Positions 63,525 to 64,000 of a stretch of DNA of 64,000 bases are shown piece by piece. The DNA is from Sphyrna mokarran (taxonomy: Eukaryota), in assembly GCA_024679065.1 (NCBI GenBank), contig JAGIQG010000009.1, positions 69,936,001 through 70,000,000 of the forward strand, given 5' to 3'. The notes under the pieces were generated by a model that saw only the letters and a program-made list of their open reading frames with translations, was not told the DNA's origin and did not search any database. The stretch's first letter is position 1, and every line of letters starts with the position of its first letter. The translations under genes were made by a program, and so were the position numbers.

Positions 63525-63650
63525 TCATACACGTAGACTGTGCAGCTAAATCCCCCTCCAATTCGATTTTCAAGTTTGCTGAAGACATCACCGTAGTGGG
63601 TCGGATTTCAAACAGTGACGAGAGAGCGTATAGGAATGAGTGTTGGAGAC
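63525..63650 (+). mobile_element. second Rex1-type RT fragment, opposite orientation
   Basis: SNSIFKFAEDITVVGRISNSDERAYRNE. Confidence 0.75.
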
Positions 63651-64000
63651 TGAGCAGTAGTCAATAAATAGATGTCCTTGTTATCTAGGTAGAATTCAGT
63701 GAAGCAGTTGAGACTACCTCATTGAATGTTTATAAGGCTAAGATAGACAGATTTTAATCAGTAAAGGAATTGAGGGTTGTGAATAGGCAAGCAAGAACAG
63801 CTGAGTCCACAAAAGGATCAGCCATGATTTTATTGAGTGACTGTCAAATTCAAGGGGCCAATTGGCCTACTCCTGCTCCTATTCTTATGCTCTTATATTC
63901 TGGAGTTGGAGATGAAACGGCCAGAGTTAGACAGGTGCTGCTAGTACTGTGATGATAATGACAAAAGGACAATATTAAGTAAGATTATGCATCTAAGGAG

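Noticed and set aside
63240-63650. Inverted similarity between about 63240-63340 and 63550-63650
   Set aside because: Two diverged Rex1 RT fragments in opposite orientation; common repeat clutter

Overview
AT-rich vertebrate genomic DNA; the CR1/SINE/Penelope/Rex1 repeat landscape suggests a cartilaginous fish (inference). The window holds most of one multi-exon RalGDS-family gene, closest to RGL1 (REM, CDC25-type RasGEF and RA domains), on the minus strand from 61083 to 22001. Exon numbers are provisional, by analogy to vertebrate RGL1 from memory. Bases 1-21863 are the reverse complement of 21964-43826 (coordinate sum 43827, no indel or mismatch seen) around a 100-N gap, so exons 10-17 recur on the plus strand and both copies stop 37 bp into the last intron. 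This is most likely an assembly artefact. The genuine oddities are a tandemly triplicated 75-nt exon 4 with different splice-site states, a coding 15-nt minisatellite in exon 16, an R-to-W change in RA beta1, a GC-AG intron, two Penelope insertions with inverted ends, 12-bp TSDs and decayed hammerhead cores, and a 63-bp locally templated insertion whose two inverted copies flank exon 8. Nearly all listed ORFs are spurious or fragments of exons or retroelements.
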